DNA of 64,000 nt from the NCBI GenBank assembly GCA_003971905.1, contig RSEE01000084.1, positions 62,001-126,000 on the forward strand, given 5' to 3'. The number at the start of each line of letters is the position of its first letter. The first letter of the stretch is position 1. Below are positions 37,458-49,656 of this stretch, piece by piece. The DNA comes from Moniliella sp. 'wahieum'. Taxonomy: Eukaryota. Position numbers and translations under genes: made by a program. The notes under the pieces are model-generated. The model worked only from the letters and a program-made list of their open reading frames with translations. It searched no databases and was not told the origin of the DNA.

Positions 37458-38152
37458 ATGTCTGCTACCGTCGCCATCGTTCCTGCTCTCCACCTCTCCA
37501 ATGGCGATGGAGAGAAGGCCAAGGCGGTCTACGCTCCCACCCACCCCGGCCTATTCCAAGTCGAGTTCCAGCCGGGCGCCTCAACTCCTCCCTCGTTGTC
37601 CAGCGCGACTTTGCCCAAGGTGAGACGATCACCACGTTTTCCCATGCGCAGCCGACATCGACCGTACGCTACTCCTCAGTCCAGGTGGGAGAGAATACGC
37701 ACATTGAGCTTCACAGCGAGTACGTTCCTCCCTAAACCTCGGGATCTTCCACCTAACCACCACATATATTTTTATCTTGAGAGCTGGAGGACATGCTGAC
37801 AGGACCACGGGGGTATAACCTAAACCCACAGTTTTGTACTGCAACCACTCGTTGCGAGCCCAACGTGCCTTTGACGTTTCCTCGCCAGTTGCAATCCGAA
37901 TGGAAGGTGGTAGCGCTCCAGCCCATCCAGAAGGGCGATGCACTGAGCTTCTTTTACCCCTCGACCGAGTGGGAGATGACCCAGCCCTTGCGTGCCAGTG
38001 CGGCATGGGACATGCCTTCGGCCGCATCCGCGGCGCCAAGTTCATCCCCGCTCCCTCCTCTCAGCCCTCGGGTTCGCCATCAACGCCCACATTCGTCGGT
38101 TGAAGCGGCCCGGTGGCTGAATCGACAAAGTAGATCAAGTCGATCGTGGTAG
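37458..38152 (+). CDS. Small stand-alone SET-domain protein with post-SET cysteines
   Basis: YAPTHPGLFQVEF, RDFAQGETI, YSSVQVGENTHIEL, intron ~37720-37831, YCNHS(C)EPNV, VVALQPIQKGDALSFFYPSTEWEMTQP..CQCG....GRIRGAKF. Confidence 0.8.
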
Positions 38153-38495
38153 CCCACTTCACTTCCTTCTCCCTCTTGGCGGATTTTTCCATCAGCACCC
38201 TCTACCTTTTTTGGTTGGTGCTCAGACTGGACCGAAGTCGCTTTCTTTTTTCTTCGTTTTCTGACCGGTCCTACCCTTTGTCATGAGCTCTCGTCACTAC
38301 GTTTCTGCGGCGATTGTTGGTGCTGAAGCGGAGCGATGGAGCGACCGGCTTCCTTCCTCTTGTCTTGGGACACCTATAGTCCCGGTCCCCAACTGCTTTC
38401 TTTCCTCCAATTCGCCGTTTAGGCATACCAATGAAACATCAAGGTTCAAAGATACGTACAATGCAGAATGAGGGAGGGGAGAGATGCAGAATGAG

Positions 38496-38610
38496 AGAGG
38501 AAGAGGAAGAGGAAGAGGAAGAGAGAGGAAGAGGAAGAGGAAGAGGAAGAGGAAGAGGAAGAGGAAGAGGAAGAGGAAGAGGAGAGGAAGAGGAAGAGAA
38601 GAGGAAGAGG
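38496..38610. repeat. Hexanucleotide microsatellite (GAGGAA)n, purine-only tract
   Basis: About 18 near-perfect copies between the convergent SET and F-BAR genes. Confidence 0.95.
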
Positions 38611-38627
38611 GAATATAGTTTGGGATT

Positions 38628-39101
38628 AGAATAAAAACTCACAAAAGTTGGATGGGAACTTATTGGCTCCTGGACGTCGACGATCCTCGTCCATCAGCTC
38701 GCCCTCCCACCAGCCATCGGGCGGATAGGCTGTGACCGCAATCACGTCGTCTTTCGTAAATGAAAACGCACTGTCCACCGCGGCCGTGTAATCAACATGG
38801 CCTTGACGAAAACTTTACTCTCCGTCCATCCTGTTGGGTCCAAGCATTCGTAGCAGTGGTGCCAGAGAGAGGCTGCTGGGTCGATGCCGAGGGGAGGCCA
38901 GGGACAGGCGCCGTCGCAGCCTCTGGCTCGGGAGGCGGGATATGCTGCCCATTGAGCGATTGGGAAGCTTCAGAGGAAGAAAAGGAGGGATACATTTCTC
39001 CCGACAGGTACGGCGTTGCAGCAGGCGAGCCGCAGTTGGTGCTCGCGCTGGCGCTGGCACTGGTGGACGTGGATTGGCTCTGGTTTGGTGCGGGTGCGGG
39101 T

Positions 39102-39172
<71 letters not shown>

Positions 39173-41038
39173 TGCAAGTGCAGGTGGAGATATCGGGTTT
39201 AAATAGGAAGGGGACGGAGGCGCCCATGGAAGCTTCATTGTAATGGTGGCATTCCAGACTGCCGGCGCTGATACGCACGCATGTACTGCGCTGCGTCCGA
39301 CGGAGGCATCTGATTCTGGGTAGTCTGTTGCGGCTGGTCCACACCCAGGTGGGAACGAAGCGGCTGTTTTTGCGTTTCATCCGGAAACGGGTTGGGGGTC
39401 GCAGGAAAAAGTGCCCTGGTCCCGTCTGAGCCGGCTGTTGCGGCAGGTTTCGGGGCTCGTACACGACGGTAGAGGGAGGCGGCGTATTCGCGTTGGCGAT
39501 TTGGTTGCGAGATCATCGCTGCCAGCCGTTCTTCCACCGATACACGCTCTCTCTGCTGCACCTGTGTTGGTTGCGTCAGAGCGCACTCCCATGGCAGAGA
39601 TTGGGACCGCGCGTGGTGCAGAGCGATGGAGTTGGACGAGAAAGAGGAGCTGTGGGTGATGGGAGGCTGGCGCGCTGAAAAGGATTGGTTGGAAGAGACG
39701 GTGGGCGGGTAGCTGGACGTGCGCTCCTTGGACGGTGGGGTAGTCGACAATGTGTCTGTCCGCATCGGTCCGGGTTGGATACCCTGTTTGGGGTTGTAGG
39801 GTGCTTGCAGTTCCCCGACAAACGGGGTCGGCGATAGAGTCATCGGCGGTGGTGGTGTGCCTGTATCCTCGGGCGGCGCTTGAGGAGGGATGGCATGCCC
39901 ATGGTCGTGTCTCGAGTAACGAGTGAAGGCAGCAATACCGTAACGCAGACTCGTAGGTCGGGTTTGATCTTGGGCAAAGTTGATGAATGCAGGGGCTTCA
40001 ACCACATAGTTGCTTGTCCGCGATTCGGCAACAAAGATGGCCGAGTCACGAGCCGCGTCGATGGTGCGTAATGCATCATACATCACTCCGCATGCCTTGT
40101 CGTCTTCCACACATGCTGTGGCCACTGCATCGACGTATCGCCAGCAGCTGCCTTGGATGAAATTGGTTCGCTCCTCGTCTTCATCCTGAGCTTGGTCCAG
40201 GAACGCTTTCCAATCTTTGTTCCACTTGTGCGTGACATTGCGCACGGGTGGTGTGTTGGCGATAATCCCGCTCGGCCACGGCCCTGGCCTGCTTAGCCTG
40301 CTCCAAACTGGCCTCGGCTTGCTCTAGGTCGCGGCCCCGCACAACCCTCACGTGAGCGGCGAGAGATTTGACCTTGCGGCACAGGGCCTGGTACGTCTCT
40401 TGCGCTTGGATTTGCATGGTAACGTGCCTGCGCTTGATGGAGGTCCCCTTGACCATCGTATCCACCGAGGTGGGGAAAAAGGCAGCATGGTCCTTCTGAA
40501 CTGGCTCCTCACCAGACACGCCATCCTCCAGCTCCTTGGCCATAGCAGCGTGTGTTTGGGCGATGCGTCCCGTTTGTTGCTGCAACGTGGCCAGTGCTGT
40601 GGCCATGTCCCTGGCGGCAAAAGTCAGGCACTCTCATACACGTGACAGACCCAAACACGTACCCAGTACCATTCTGGCCAATTGACTTGTGGGCCAGTTG
40701 GGTCAAGCGTCGGGCATAGTCCGCTTCAATCTGAGCGCGATCGTGTGCAATAAGCGCCCAGTTGTCCAAGGTCTTGGCCGTGTCGTTTACACGGCGGATG
40801 ACCCTATTGAAACCTTCGTCGCCTTCGCCCTGGGGGGGGGGGGGGGGGGGGGGGGGGAAGGGAGGTTGTCAGCAGACCAGACGCTGAGCCCAGCAGGCCA
40901 AGTGGGGATGAATACGAAGATGAGAAGGAGGAAAAAATAGAAAAACGCACCAGAAGTTGTTGGTGAAGGTGAGGTCGCGCTGGCCAGCGGCAGGACGCGA
41001 CGAGGGAGACGGAGGTTTCCACTCTGGGTTCCATTCAT
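38628..41038 (-). CDS. Cdc15/Hof1/Imp2-type F-BAR + SH3 cytokinesis protein
   Basis: DLTFTNNFW / GEGDEGFNRV, DRAQIEADYARRLTQLA, WNKDWKAFLDQAQDEDEERTNFIQGSCWRYVDAVATACVEDD. C-terminal SH3 VKAM.DYTAAVDSAFSFTKDDVIAVTAYPPDGWWEGELMDEDRRRPGANKFPSNF. At least two introns. Confidence 0.85.
39088..39175. repeat. Coding microsatellite (GCAGGA)n giving a poly-(Ala-Pro) linker
   Basis: About 12 copies inside the F-BAR gene linker on the minus strand. Confidence 0.9.
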
Positions 41039-41767
41039 CGTTCTTTCGTTTGGGGAAGTGGATCGCTGGGGGAGTAGGTGGTGGAGCGCAGATGGTGGGA
41101 CACAGGCAATCCATGGATTGATGGCCAACAGCCGAAGTATATATACCGCCGCGAGAAACAGGCAGCTGATGCTCTGCAACGGCGCAGCTGGTCTGCATCT
41201 GCCTGCGCCACCAGAGCCCAGCGCTTGAGCGCTCCCTGAGCGCTCTTCCCGTTTGAAAGTTGACATGTGACAATTCAAACGGAAAGGGGCGCACCGGTGT
41301 TTGACTGTGCGATTGCTACCCACTCGGGCGCACGCACACCGCAGCGCCAGCTAGCCTGCCTGCCTGCCTACCACTGTCTTTGGCCGGCCGCCACGCCGCA
41401 TGCGCGATGCGAAGGCAAGTGGGCCTCCTCGCCATCGTCGTCGCTGCCAACTGCACCCGGCTGCACCTCGCTTGCCTCAAGGCCTGCCGCTTCCCTCCCA
41501 CTGCTATGTAGGTAGCGGGGCTCCATCCCCATACGGGGCCAGCAAACGTGCACGCCCACAGGATCGCATCGCATTGCAGCCACGCACACAGTCTGCTCTG
41601 CTCATGCCAGGGCGCAAACCAGGAGGTACCGAGATAACCGAGTTGGGGGTAGGAAAATACGGAAATGGGAGGATGGGAGGAGGAGAGACGGAGACTACAC
41701 AAGACAGACGTCATTGTCCTCAGGAGAAAGGGGCGGGGGGCGGGGGGAAAACGCTGAATGCGTGCTG

Positions 41768-42381
41768 CTACACCTTGGCGTCAATAGGTGGGCCGGGGAT
41801 TTCGTAATGTTCGTCATGGTCTGTCATATGGAAAGACAAGGTCAGTGGGCATCCGGGCGGGCGTGGTGATGGGAGAAAGAGAGAAAAAAAAGCTTACCGG
41901 CAATCAGAACGGTAATCATCCTGGATGATGCGGTTGCATCCAAATGAACAGAAGAACAAAGTCAGTTGGCTGCATCAAGGGAGAGGGCAGCGAGGACGCA
42001 CATGTAAAGGCTGTAGAAGAAGAGGGCGAGGTAAAAGCCCAATTTGAAGAAGCACACTTTCTTGGCCTGGGACAGCGTTCGGAAGATCTCGGTCGCATCG
42101 AGGAGGTAGGTTTGGGTTCGGAACTTGTGCGCATTGTACAGCAAGAGCGGCAGGTTGATGAGCACGGCGGTGAATTGGCCACAGAGGAGGAAGAGGCCAG
42201 TGAGCACAGCGTGCGCGGCCATCTCGGGCACAGTAAGGTCGTTGAGCTTGCTGCACAGGTCAATGGGGTTGATGTAGTCGCACTCGAGGTCAGAGAACAT
42301 GATGATGTAGTACACCATGGTGAACATGAACCCGGCCGCAGCCAGGACACTGAAGATGTACAGCCAACCGGCCCAGGACAT
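41768..42381 (-). CDS. ERV14: ER cargo receptor Erv14/cornichon
   Basis: MSWAGWLYIF...VYYIIMFSDLECDYINPIDLCSKLN...PE...LINLPLLLYN...LLDATEIFRTL...KLGFYL..FFYSLYM. Introns 42001-41921 and 41897-41821; last exon DHDEHYEIPGPPIDAKV*. Confidence 0.95.
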
Positions 42382-43406
42382 GATGGACGAGGCAGGCGAG
42401 GCCGAGGAAAACGGTGGGGGGAAGACAAGCTGCAACTGAAATGTCCTCACAACCGGTTGGGCCTGATTAAATTCCACGCCACGACGGATGACACTGCCCC
42501 CGTGCGGACAGCCCATGGGCGTTCGTTCTTTGTGGTTCCCTGTCCCTTTTGGGCTCTGCTTCACGAGAGCGGCTGGCTGCAGGCCACCGCCCGCCAGGCC
42601 GCGCACACCGCCCAAAACAGAGGAGCGCAAGTGACCATCGAGCCATGGAGGCAGGCCTTCGCACTCCTTCCTCCCGGTAGCGATCAGCTTCCGCTGGCGC
42701 CCTAGTGGCTAGAGTTGACGCGGCCGGAGGCTCAGGGCTGAGGCTGAGGCTGAGGCTGCGCGTTGGGGGTGCTCAATAAGCGCTTAGGCTAAGCTCGCCT
42801 GGCTGCAATGGCTGATCAGATGATCGATGATCGATCAAGCGCATCGCGCACGCCCAGGCCAAATCAAAAGAGCCACGCGGGCCATGTGGGCCTTCAGAGC
42901 TTCAGCCGGTTCGGCTTCACGCGCGCTTTACGCTGCTTCGGCGCTTCAGCGATCTTCCCCGGCCCATTGGGCCAGGCCCCTGACGCGAACCGTCCCTTAG
43001 GCCTGACGCCTCTAAATTCTGAGGCCGCGGGATTTGCATCTCTCAACACGCAGACGGGCATACCGGGTGTCACTGTGTCCAGCGGGCCTGGCAAGCAGCT
43101 ATTTGGAGTTGCAAAGCTGTGGCCTAATACTTGTGTCGTGAAGTTGCCTAGCTGCGGACTATGGACGCAGCCAGGGGGGGCATGGGGAGCAGTGCGCCTC
43201 CCAAAGGGCAACATACGCCTTGACACGGAAGAAGCCGAGGAGGGAGGCCTACCTGGTTGGCCCCGCCACCGCTATGAATGCACAGGGAGAGAGATCAAGA
43301 CTAGCCTGCGTACGTTGCTCGGATGCAAGGGCCGTGAAGGGGGCCCAAAGGAAGCGCAATACGGGCGCGACAAGACACGGGAAAACAAGAGAAGAACATG
43401 GCAAGC

Positions 43407-44090
43407 TTACAGCCCGCCCCCGATCTGCTCCGTCATGACCTCAATCTCATCGTCGTCCTCGAGACCAAGCTGGAGTGAGTTAGCACAAGCGGATGGAAGG
43501 AGCTACGACACGTACCGACTGGGCCGTGTCATCAGGTTGCACACGGTTACCATCAACCACGAAGCGGACAGAGCTGGGAGACAGTCAGCAACGCATGCCA
43601 TGCATGGAGCACAGAGAGGTAGGGGGGGCGTACATACCTACTGTCGGTACCCTGGTGGTGCGCAACGGGAAACAACAGAGTCAGTAATTCTCGCCATCTT
43701 AGCATAGTCTGGGCAAATGCATACCATGCGGTCGGCGTAAGCTGGAGAAGATTGGGGTTAGTAGACATTCGAACCAGGGGGGAGGGGGGTGACATACCCT
43801 TCATCAGCTTGGACAGCTGCACAGAGTAACAGAATGGATCGGATCAGAACGCGTCAATAAGCAAACAAGCAAAGGAAGGAGGTACTAGATCAGTGTTGCT
43901 GGGCGTACCTTGGTCGTCCGCTTGACCTGAACGAGGACCCGAAAGCGAACGTCAGCTACTGGTGCCAAGCAGGGAACGGGAGGGGACGTACCTTGAAGAA
44001 GACCTCAGCACCATCGCTGTTCTTGACCTTGAGGTTGAGGTGCTCGTCGGCGGTGGAAGACACGTCGGGCTTGGTGTCAGCTTCGCTCAT
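43407..44090 (-). CDS. SMT3: SUMO (7 exons, 95 aa)
   Basis: Exons 44090-43992, 43926-43909, 43816-43798, 43741-43725, 43651-43638, 43573-43516 and 43469-43407, all GT-AG. They splice in frame to MSEADTKPDVSSTADEHLNLKVKNSDGAEVFFKVKRTTKLSKLMKAYADRMGTDSSSVRFVVDGNRVQPDDTAQSLGLEDDDEIEVMTEQIGGGL*. Confidence 0.95.
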
Positions 44091-45398
44091 GGTGATCGAA
44101 TGGGGGGGTGGCGGTAAGAAGGCAGACAAGAAAAAGGTAGGTGGCTGTGGCCAAAGTCGGGCGGGATGGGGACGCGGCCTGAGGCAGCCCAAGCAAGCAA
44201 CAGGGCGCATCGGCCGTTGGTGAGCAGAATGCGCACCAGGGGGGCAGTGTGCCCGGCCGCTCCTGCCTGCTGTACGTAAGCATCTACTCCGAAGGCCACA
44301 CGGCAGTGTTGCACGTTGGCTGGTGACCAGTGATCGACATTGACCGGTGAACTGTACAGCTACCGACCAGCACGTGACTGTTCGGCATTCGGGTCTCCCA
44401 CGTCGTAAACGCCGTGGGACAGCCAGCGCGCCGCGTCTTAAGACGCGTAACGCGTAGGAGGCGGAATCAGCGACCACCGATCACTGCTGCTGGTCAGGCA
44501 GTTCCGCGCGCCCATCACTGGTGGTCGTCACTGGTCATCCCCCCATGCCCGCAACAGCGATGGAACCACACCTCTCCTGGTACGCGCATTACATGGCTCT
44601 CTCGTGGGTTAGCCCAAGAAAGACAGCTCGGCCAGCGCTTGGGATGAAAGCTAGCTTGTGGCCGGTGCCTTCTGGGGCGAGAAGCTTGAAGGTTGTGATA
44701 CTAGGCCTGGGGATGAGCGGTGAGATCTGAGACGATGGGCGGGTAGCACACCTATAGTATTTGGATGTATCCCTGGTATCCGGCGTAACCGCATATGTGT
44801 GGGGACCCATGTCCCGGGCGTTTTCATCACGGTTGGGTGGATGCACAAGGACAGAACACTCATTAGGTATTGAAGCGACGCAGTGGTTGTGAACCTCGAG
44901 CTTCAATCATCAAGCTTCAAGCTTCACTAACAGCTCTTAATACGCAGCGGCATATCTGTGTTTCTACTAACATCCTATAAAACTCCACAAGCACATGCTG
45001 GCTCAGTCGCTCAGTTTTGTGGGGCAATAACAGATGATGCCGCCTTACTAGATAGGCGGAAGCTTCAAACGGTGGCGTTATACACCCATTCCTCTCCCAT
45101 CGTCGAGTCATGGTACGTTCCTCGTCCGTATGCTGGGGCGCATTAGCCCGCGAGGGAAGCACCGCTTCGGCAACAGGCTCTCGTTGCGAACACGTATGTG
45201 TCCTTCTCAGGTCTATTAACGCCCAGGAAGAGCTCAAAGAGCAGCAAATGGGAATGGTGGTCGATGGAGATCAAATTGCTAAGGCGGTGGCGAATCCAAG
45301 TCATCATGGAGTCGGAAACGCCACGTCAGAAAACATCACACACCGCATCACACTGCATGATGTCACTCGGAAGTGACCTTGGCCATAAATGACCAGAG

Positions 45399-46975
45399 GT
45401 CAACACCCCCCCGGGCCAAGGAAACGGAAGAGAGAGTGGCCACAATGAAGACAAACATGGAGGTGGGTGCGAGGGGAAGGGGAAAAAATCAAGGGCAATT
45501 ATTCAGAAGAGAGATTGGATCTGGAAGAAGATAGATGCGAAGAGCTTCCAAGGTAGAGGACAATTTCTGCTTGCCTACCGGCTTGGTGAGCATGTCAGGG
45601 AGGTGTTGTTCTCCTGGACGATGATGTACGATTAACTCGCCGGTGTCGACACACGCTCGCGCACGTCATGGTAGGCCACTTTAACTTCTCGGATCTCTCC
45701 TACGCTTCCGAGTTGTTGGCAAGGTGGACCGCAGCCTGGTTGTCCGAGAACAGATGCATGGGTGTCTCCTCCTCACAAACGCCCGCTCGTACATCATGTT
45801 GCGAATGAATAGGGCCTCTCTCAGACCATCCCCCATCGCGAGATACTCGGAGGCGGCCGTGTTGCGGACGCTCTGTGGTTGGGCTTTAGAACCCCAGGAG
45901 ACAGGAACGCCCATAACGAAAATGATGAAACCCGAGATGGAGCGTGCGTTGGTTCCTCCCGGGCAAGGGAGGCATCCGTGTGGATCTCGAGAAGAGGAGC
46001 GTTTGGGTCGGGAGTGAGGTCCAGTGCATAGTCGCTAGTGCCTCCGAGATAGCGTAGAAGGTTAATAGCAGACTCATACAGAGACAAGTTGGGATTGGAG
46101 ACGTAGCGAGATAGAAAAGATGAGGCAAAAAGGGTGTCCGGTCGGGTCATTCGCCCGGCCCAGAGAGCCGATCCGACCATAGAACGGAATGCGTGATGTG
46201 TCGCTGAGGATATGGGTTCTTCGCCTTCGGAATGAGTTGGTGAGGGAAGCCTGTGGCCAATAGGAAGAGAACACGGGCGGTTGAGGGGAATATCATGGGT
46301 GGCGAGGGTTTCGGCGATAAACTTCGGTTGGCTGACGAGGAGCCGACCATTAAGATGGTCAATTGACAACCCAAATGATAGCGCAAAGGGCCATTGGATT
46401 TAACCTCGATCGTGGTACGCAGCTCAGCGAGGAACAGCTCGTACCCTTGTGCGTCAGCGCATGCAATCAAAAATCATCGGTGTGCACGGCAAGAAAAAAC
46501 TAGACCCAGGTGTGAAGGCGGAAAAAGAGAGATGGTTCAGATCGTAGGCGCCGGAAGCCCAGACGGCCACATAGGTACTGCCGCAGCCACTTGTTAAAAT
46601 TGGCGGCGCTCTGGTGAAGGCCATATAGACTCTTCTTTAGCTTCCAGCACGTGCCGGGTCCATCGGAAAAGAAGGGAGGAGAATGGACGTATACGTCTTC
46701 GTCGAGGTCGGCAGAGAGATAAGCCGCGTCAACATCAGCAGTGAATAGTTGCAGGCCTTCTTTTGTGCTAGGACGAGCATAAGGTTGGTGGCGGAAGACC
46801 GTATGGACGAAGCAAAAGATCGAGTCAAGTGCCAGGTGCTGTCGATGACCTCCCACGACGTAGCGAGCACGATGCTTGATAAGCATCCCAGCTCATCGGT
46901 CTTAGAGTAAGGACCCAAATGCCGGGAAGAAGCTTGGTGTGTTGAGGACACGGAACAACGTCGCGAACATCAAGC
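45399..46975 (-). mobile_element. 5'-truncated Ty1/copia LTR retrotransposon (RT + RNase H, PPT, start of 3' LTR)
   Basis: HRARYVVGGHRQ, DVDAAYL, EDVYV..PP, LKKSLYGLHQS, LAVHTDDF, FRSMVGSALW...TRPD, EIHTDAS, PVSWGSK.Q, TAASEY.A, SDNQAA, DMLTKP. G-run followed by TGTTGA at ~45412-45400 on the minus strand. No gag, protease or integrase visible. Confidence 0.9.
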
Positions 46976-47479
46976 TCACCGAATCGTAAGGTCTAATATT
47001 CTAATATATAGACCCGCTATTATAGGGGACGAATTCTCTTCCATTGTCAAACCTGTGCGGCGCCTACAGTCCACTCGTTTTACACTGAAACTGCGAGCTC
47101 AGTTCCATCTGACTGCCGGCTATTCCTCCCTTCCGGGCAGATGACGAGAAGCTCTGTGGACACGACTTGACTCAGTCGAAGCACATATAGGCTGTACACT
47201 GTAAAGGTAGCAACCGACCGCATCCAGTCCAGGCTCGTGGAACAGCACGATGGAGAACTACATCCAGAACGGAGGCCTGGGGCGGCGCGGATCCTGAATG
47301 AGTACTGCGACTGTTTCAGCCTAAAGCTAAGGAGCCACCTCGCCGGCCACCTGACCATCCAGTCCAAGGCTGAGGCCGAGACCAACACAAAGATCCGACG
47401 CAAAGATCGTAGAAGAGCGTGCATTGCCCTGGGATAATGGAGATAAGGAAGCTGACTTCTTAAGGAAGCTGTCTTCTCC

Positions 47480-48457
47480 CTATTCCGAGTCCGAGTCCGA
47501 GTCGCCATCGACCTCGGCGTTTTCCTTCTCGGCGCGTGCCATGAGCTGTTCCAGCTCCTTGTCCTCCGTCTCGGAGACCGCCTTGGGCTGCATTTAACCA
47601 CCATCGATCCGCGCGAGGCGCTGATGGACGCCTGGATCTGCTCCAGTGCCTTCTCCAGCACTTCCAGCCCACCCGTCTTGTTGGTCGTGCTGCACAACAC
47701 CACATACAGCGGTGGCGCGACGAGCTTGACCTGGATCGGGAACTCGTCGGTCGAGCAGGCCATGCCGGCCCGCAGCGCCTTCTTGATCGCGTCAATGCCT
47801 TCGGGGCTGAAGCAGGTCACCTCCACATCAGCACGCAGCTTGACGGGCTGGGGCGTGAGCTTGCGCACAAGTTGAGCCTCAGCTGTTCTGCCACCTCGGG
47901 CGGGAGCGGGTCCAGGCCATCAAATACCTGGCCCCGGTCCACAATCGACAACTTGAACGCATCAAAGCAGTGGCCAAATTCTTGTCCAGCGGCCAGCACA
48001 CCTTCTCATACAACTGCTCCAAAGGGTAGTTGGTCTTCCCGGCGACCTGGGACATAAGGTTGTGCACCGTCTTGGACTTTTGGTAGCGCTCCGCGCACTT
48101 TTCAATGTCTTCGGGGTCCACGCGCCTCTTGGACAAGTCAATGTAGCCTAGCTCGCCGAACGGGGTCAGTCGACTGCTACGCAACGCACGTGCGCAGCAC
48201 GATGGAGAGCGAGCAAACAAAAAAACACGTACCCTTGTCCTTGTCAACACGCATCACCACCACCACCTCGTTCCGCCCGACCCGGATGAGCTTTTGGATG
48301 GAGCGAATGCGACGGCGGGAGAGCTCCGAGAGCATGATCATGCCTTCGGCATTGTAGTACTCGAGCAGGTTGACGTACGCGCCATCTCGGCGATTTGCCG
48401 CACCTGGACCATCACCACATCATCGGGGTCGGGGAGCACCTTCTCGTAGAACCGCAT
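47480..48457 (-). CDS. SUI2: Translation initiation factor eIF2 alpha
   Basis: [56 protein letters not shown] (Ser51 site), intron ~48232-48150, [45 protein letters not shown], acidic end DGDSDSDSE*. Confidence 0.96.
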
Positions 48458-49181
48458 CCTGGTCAAGCAAAAACAGATGGTAGTGCCTCGCCGAGCTCCT
48501 CCACCCACCACACGGGCATCGCCACCCGCCTGCCCCTGTGTGCCACCAAAAAACCACATCCGCTTCTTCCACCTTGCAAGCGGAATACGAGCGCCCGCAA
48601 TTCCGCCCGCCCGTGGCGGCCTATGACTCATTCCGCGTCCTTGTGTGTAAGATGCACCAGAAGCAGCGGCGTCGGGCAGGTAGCCCCAGGGCAGCATCCG
48701 CCCCCTCCCCGTCCAACCCGTCATCATGGTGGCCTGTTCGCGAGCCCCATGCACACCGTAGCTCGACGACGGCGGGGCCGAGTCTGACAACGAAGCAATG
48801 GGCCTCATCACCCCACCGGGCATCCCTAGTCCTTCGACACGGGGGAGCAGCGCGAAAAAATAATCACGTGCACAACCCTAGCACGGTCATTGCTGCGGCA
48901 ACTGGGCTGGGCGGAGGAACCCTACTGGTTGCTAGCGCAGCCGGCCCGCAGGGACCTAGCTGCGTGCTCGGGCGCCCCCGCTGCGCAACGACACCAGGCC
49001 ACCGCTCCAAGCAAGAAGAATAGGTACGTTGCTCGCATTGGGCGCGAGGGAAGGAGGGCAGGGGGGGAGAAGGCGAGCGGAGGACAGGCGACGATGGCTT
49101 GCGTCTCCGCTCTGAATCCGTGTGGATGACAGGGTGGCTGACCCACCTACCCCCACTTGGGTTGTTTGTTGGCAGCCCACC

Positions 49182-49656
49182 ATGCCCAACGTTCGTGACG
49201 TTGCTGCCGACTGTTCATCCAGGAGTACGGCACTGCGCCGCTCGGGAAAGATTGAGTTGCCGACGTGGGTGGACATTGTCAAGACGGGCGCGTACAAGGA
49301 GCTGGCGCCGTACGATGAGACGTGGTTTTACGTTCGCGCGGCCGCCGTGGCACGGCACATTTACCTGCGCAAGAGCGTAGGCATTGGTGCGCTGCAAAGG
49401 TACCAAGGTGGTGCGCAGAACCGCGGCTACCGTCCCTCGAAGCACGCTGATGCCTCGGGCTCGGTGCAGCGTAAGGTCGTCCAGGCCCTGGAGAGCATTG
49501 GTGTGCTGGAGAAGGACCCAAGGGCGGCCGCCGCATCTCCCAAGACGGCATGCGCGACCTGGACCGGATCGCCGTTGCTTGCCTCGAGAAGCAAGCCGAG
49601 GAAGAATCGGAGGAGGAGTCGGGGAGGAGGACGAGGACGAGGAGGACGAGGAATAA
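49182..49656 (+). CDS. RPS19: 40S ribosomal protein S19 (eS19)
   Basis: MPNVRDV.A, RSGKIELPTWVDIVKTGAYKELAPYD..WFYVRAAAVARHIYLRK..GIGAL, NRGYRPSKH..ASGSVQRKVVQALE.IG, G.RDLDRIA, acidic tail. Probable 5'UTR intron ~49025-49175. Confidence 0.96.

Noticed and set aside
44900..45398. Complete 3' LTR of the copia relic
   Set aside because: A TG start after the PPT is visible, but no matching ...CA terminus or target-site duplication could be identified, so its extent is unsupported.
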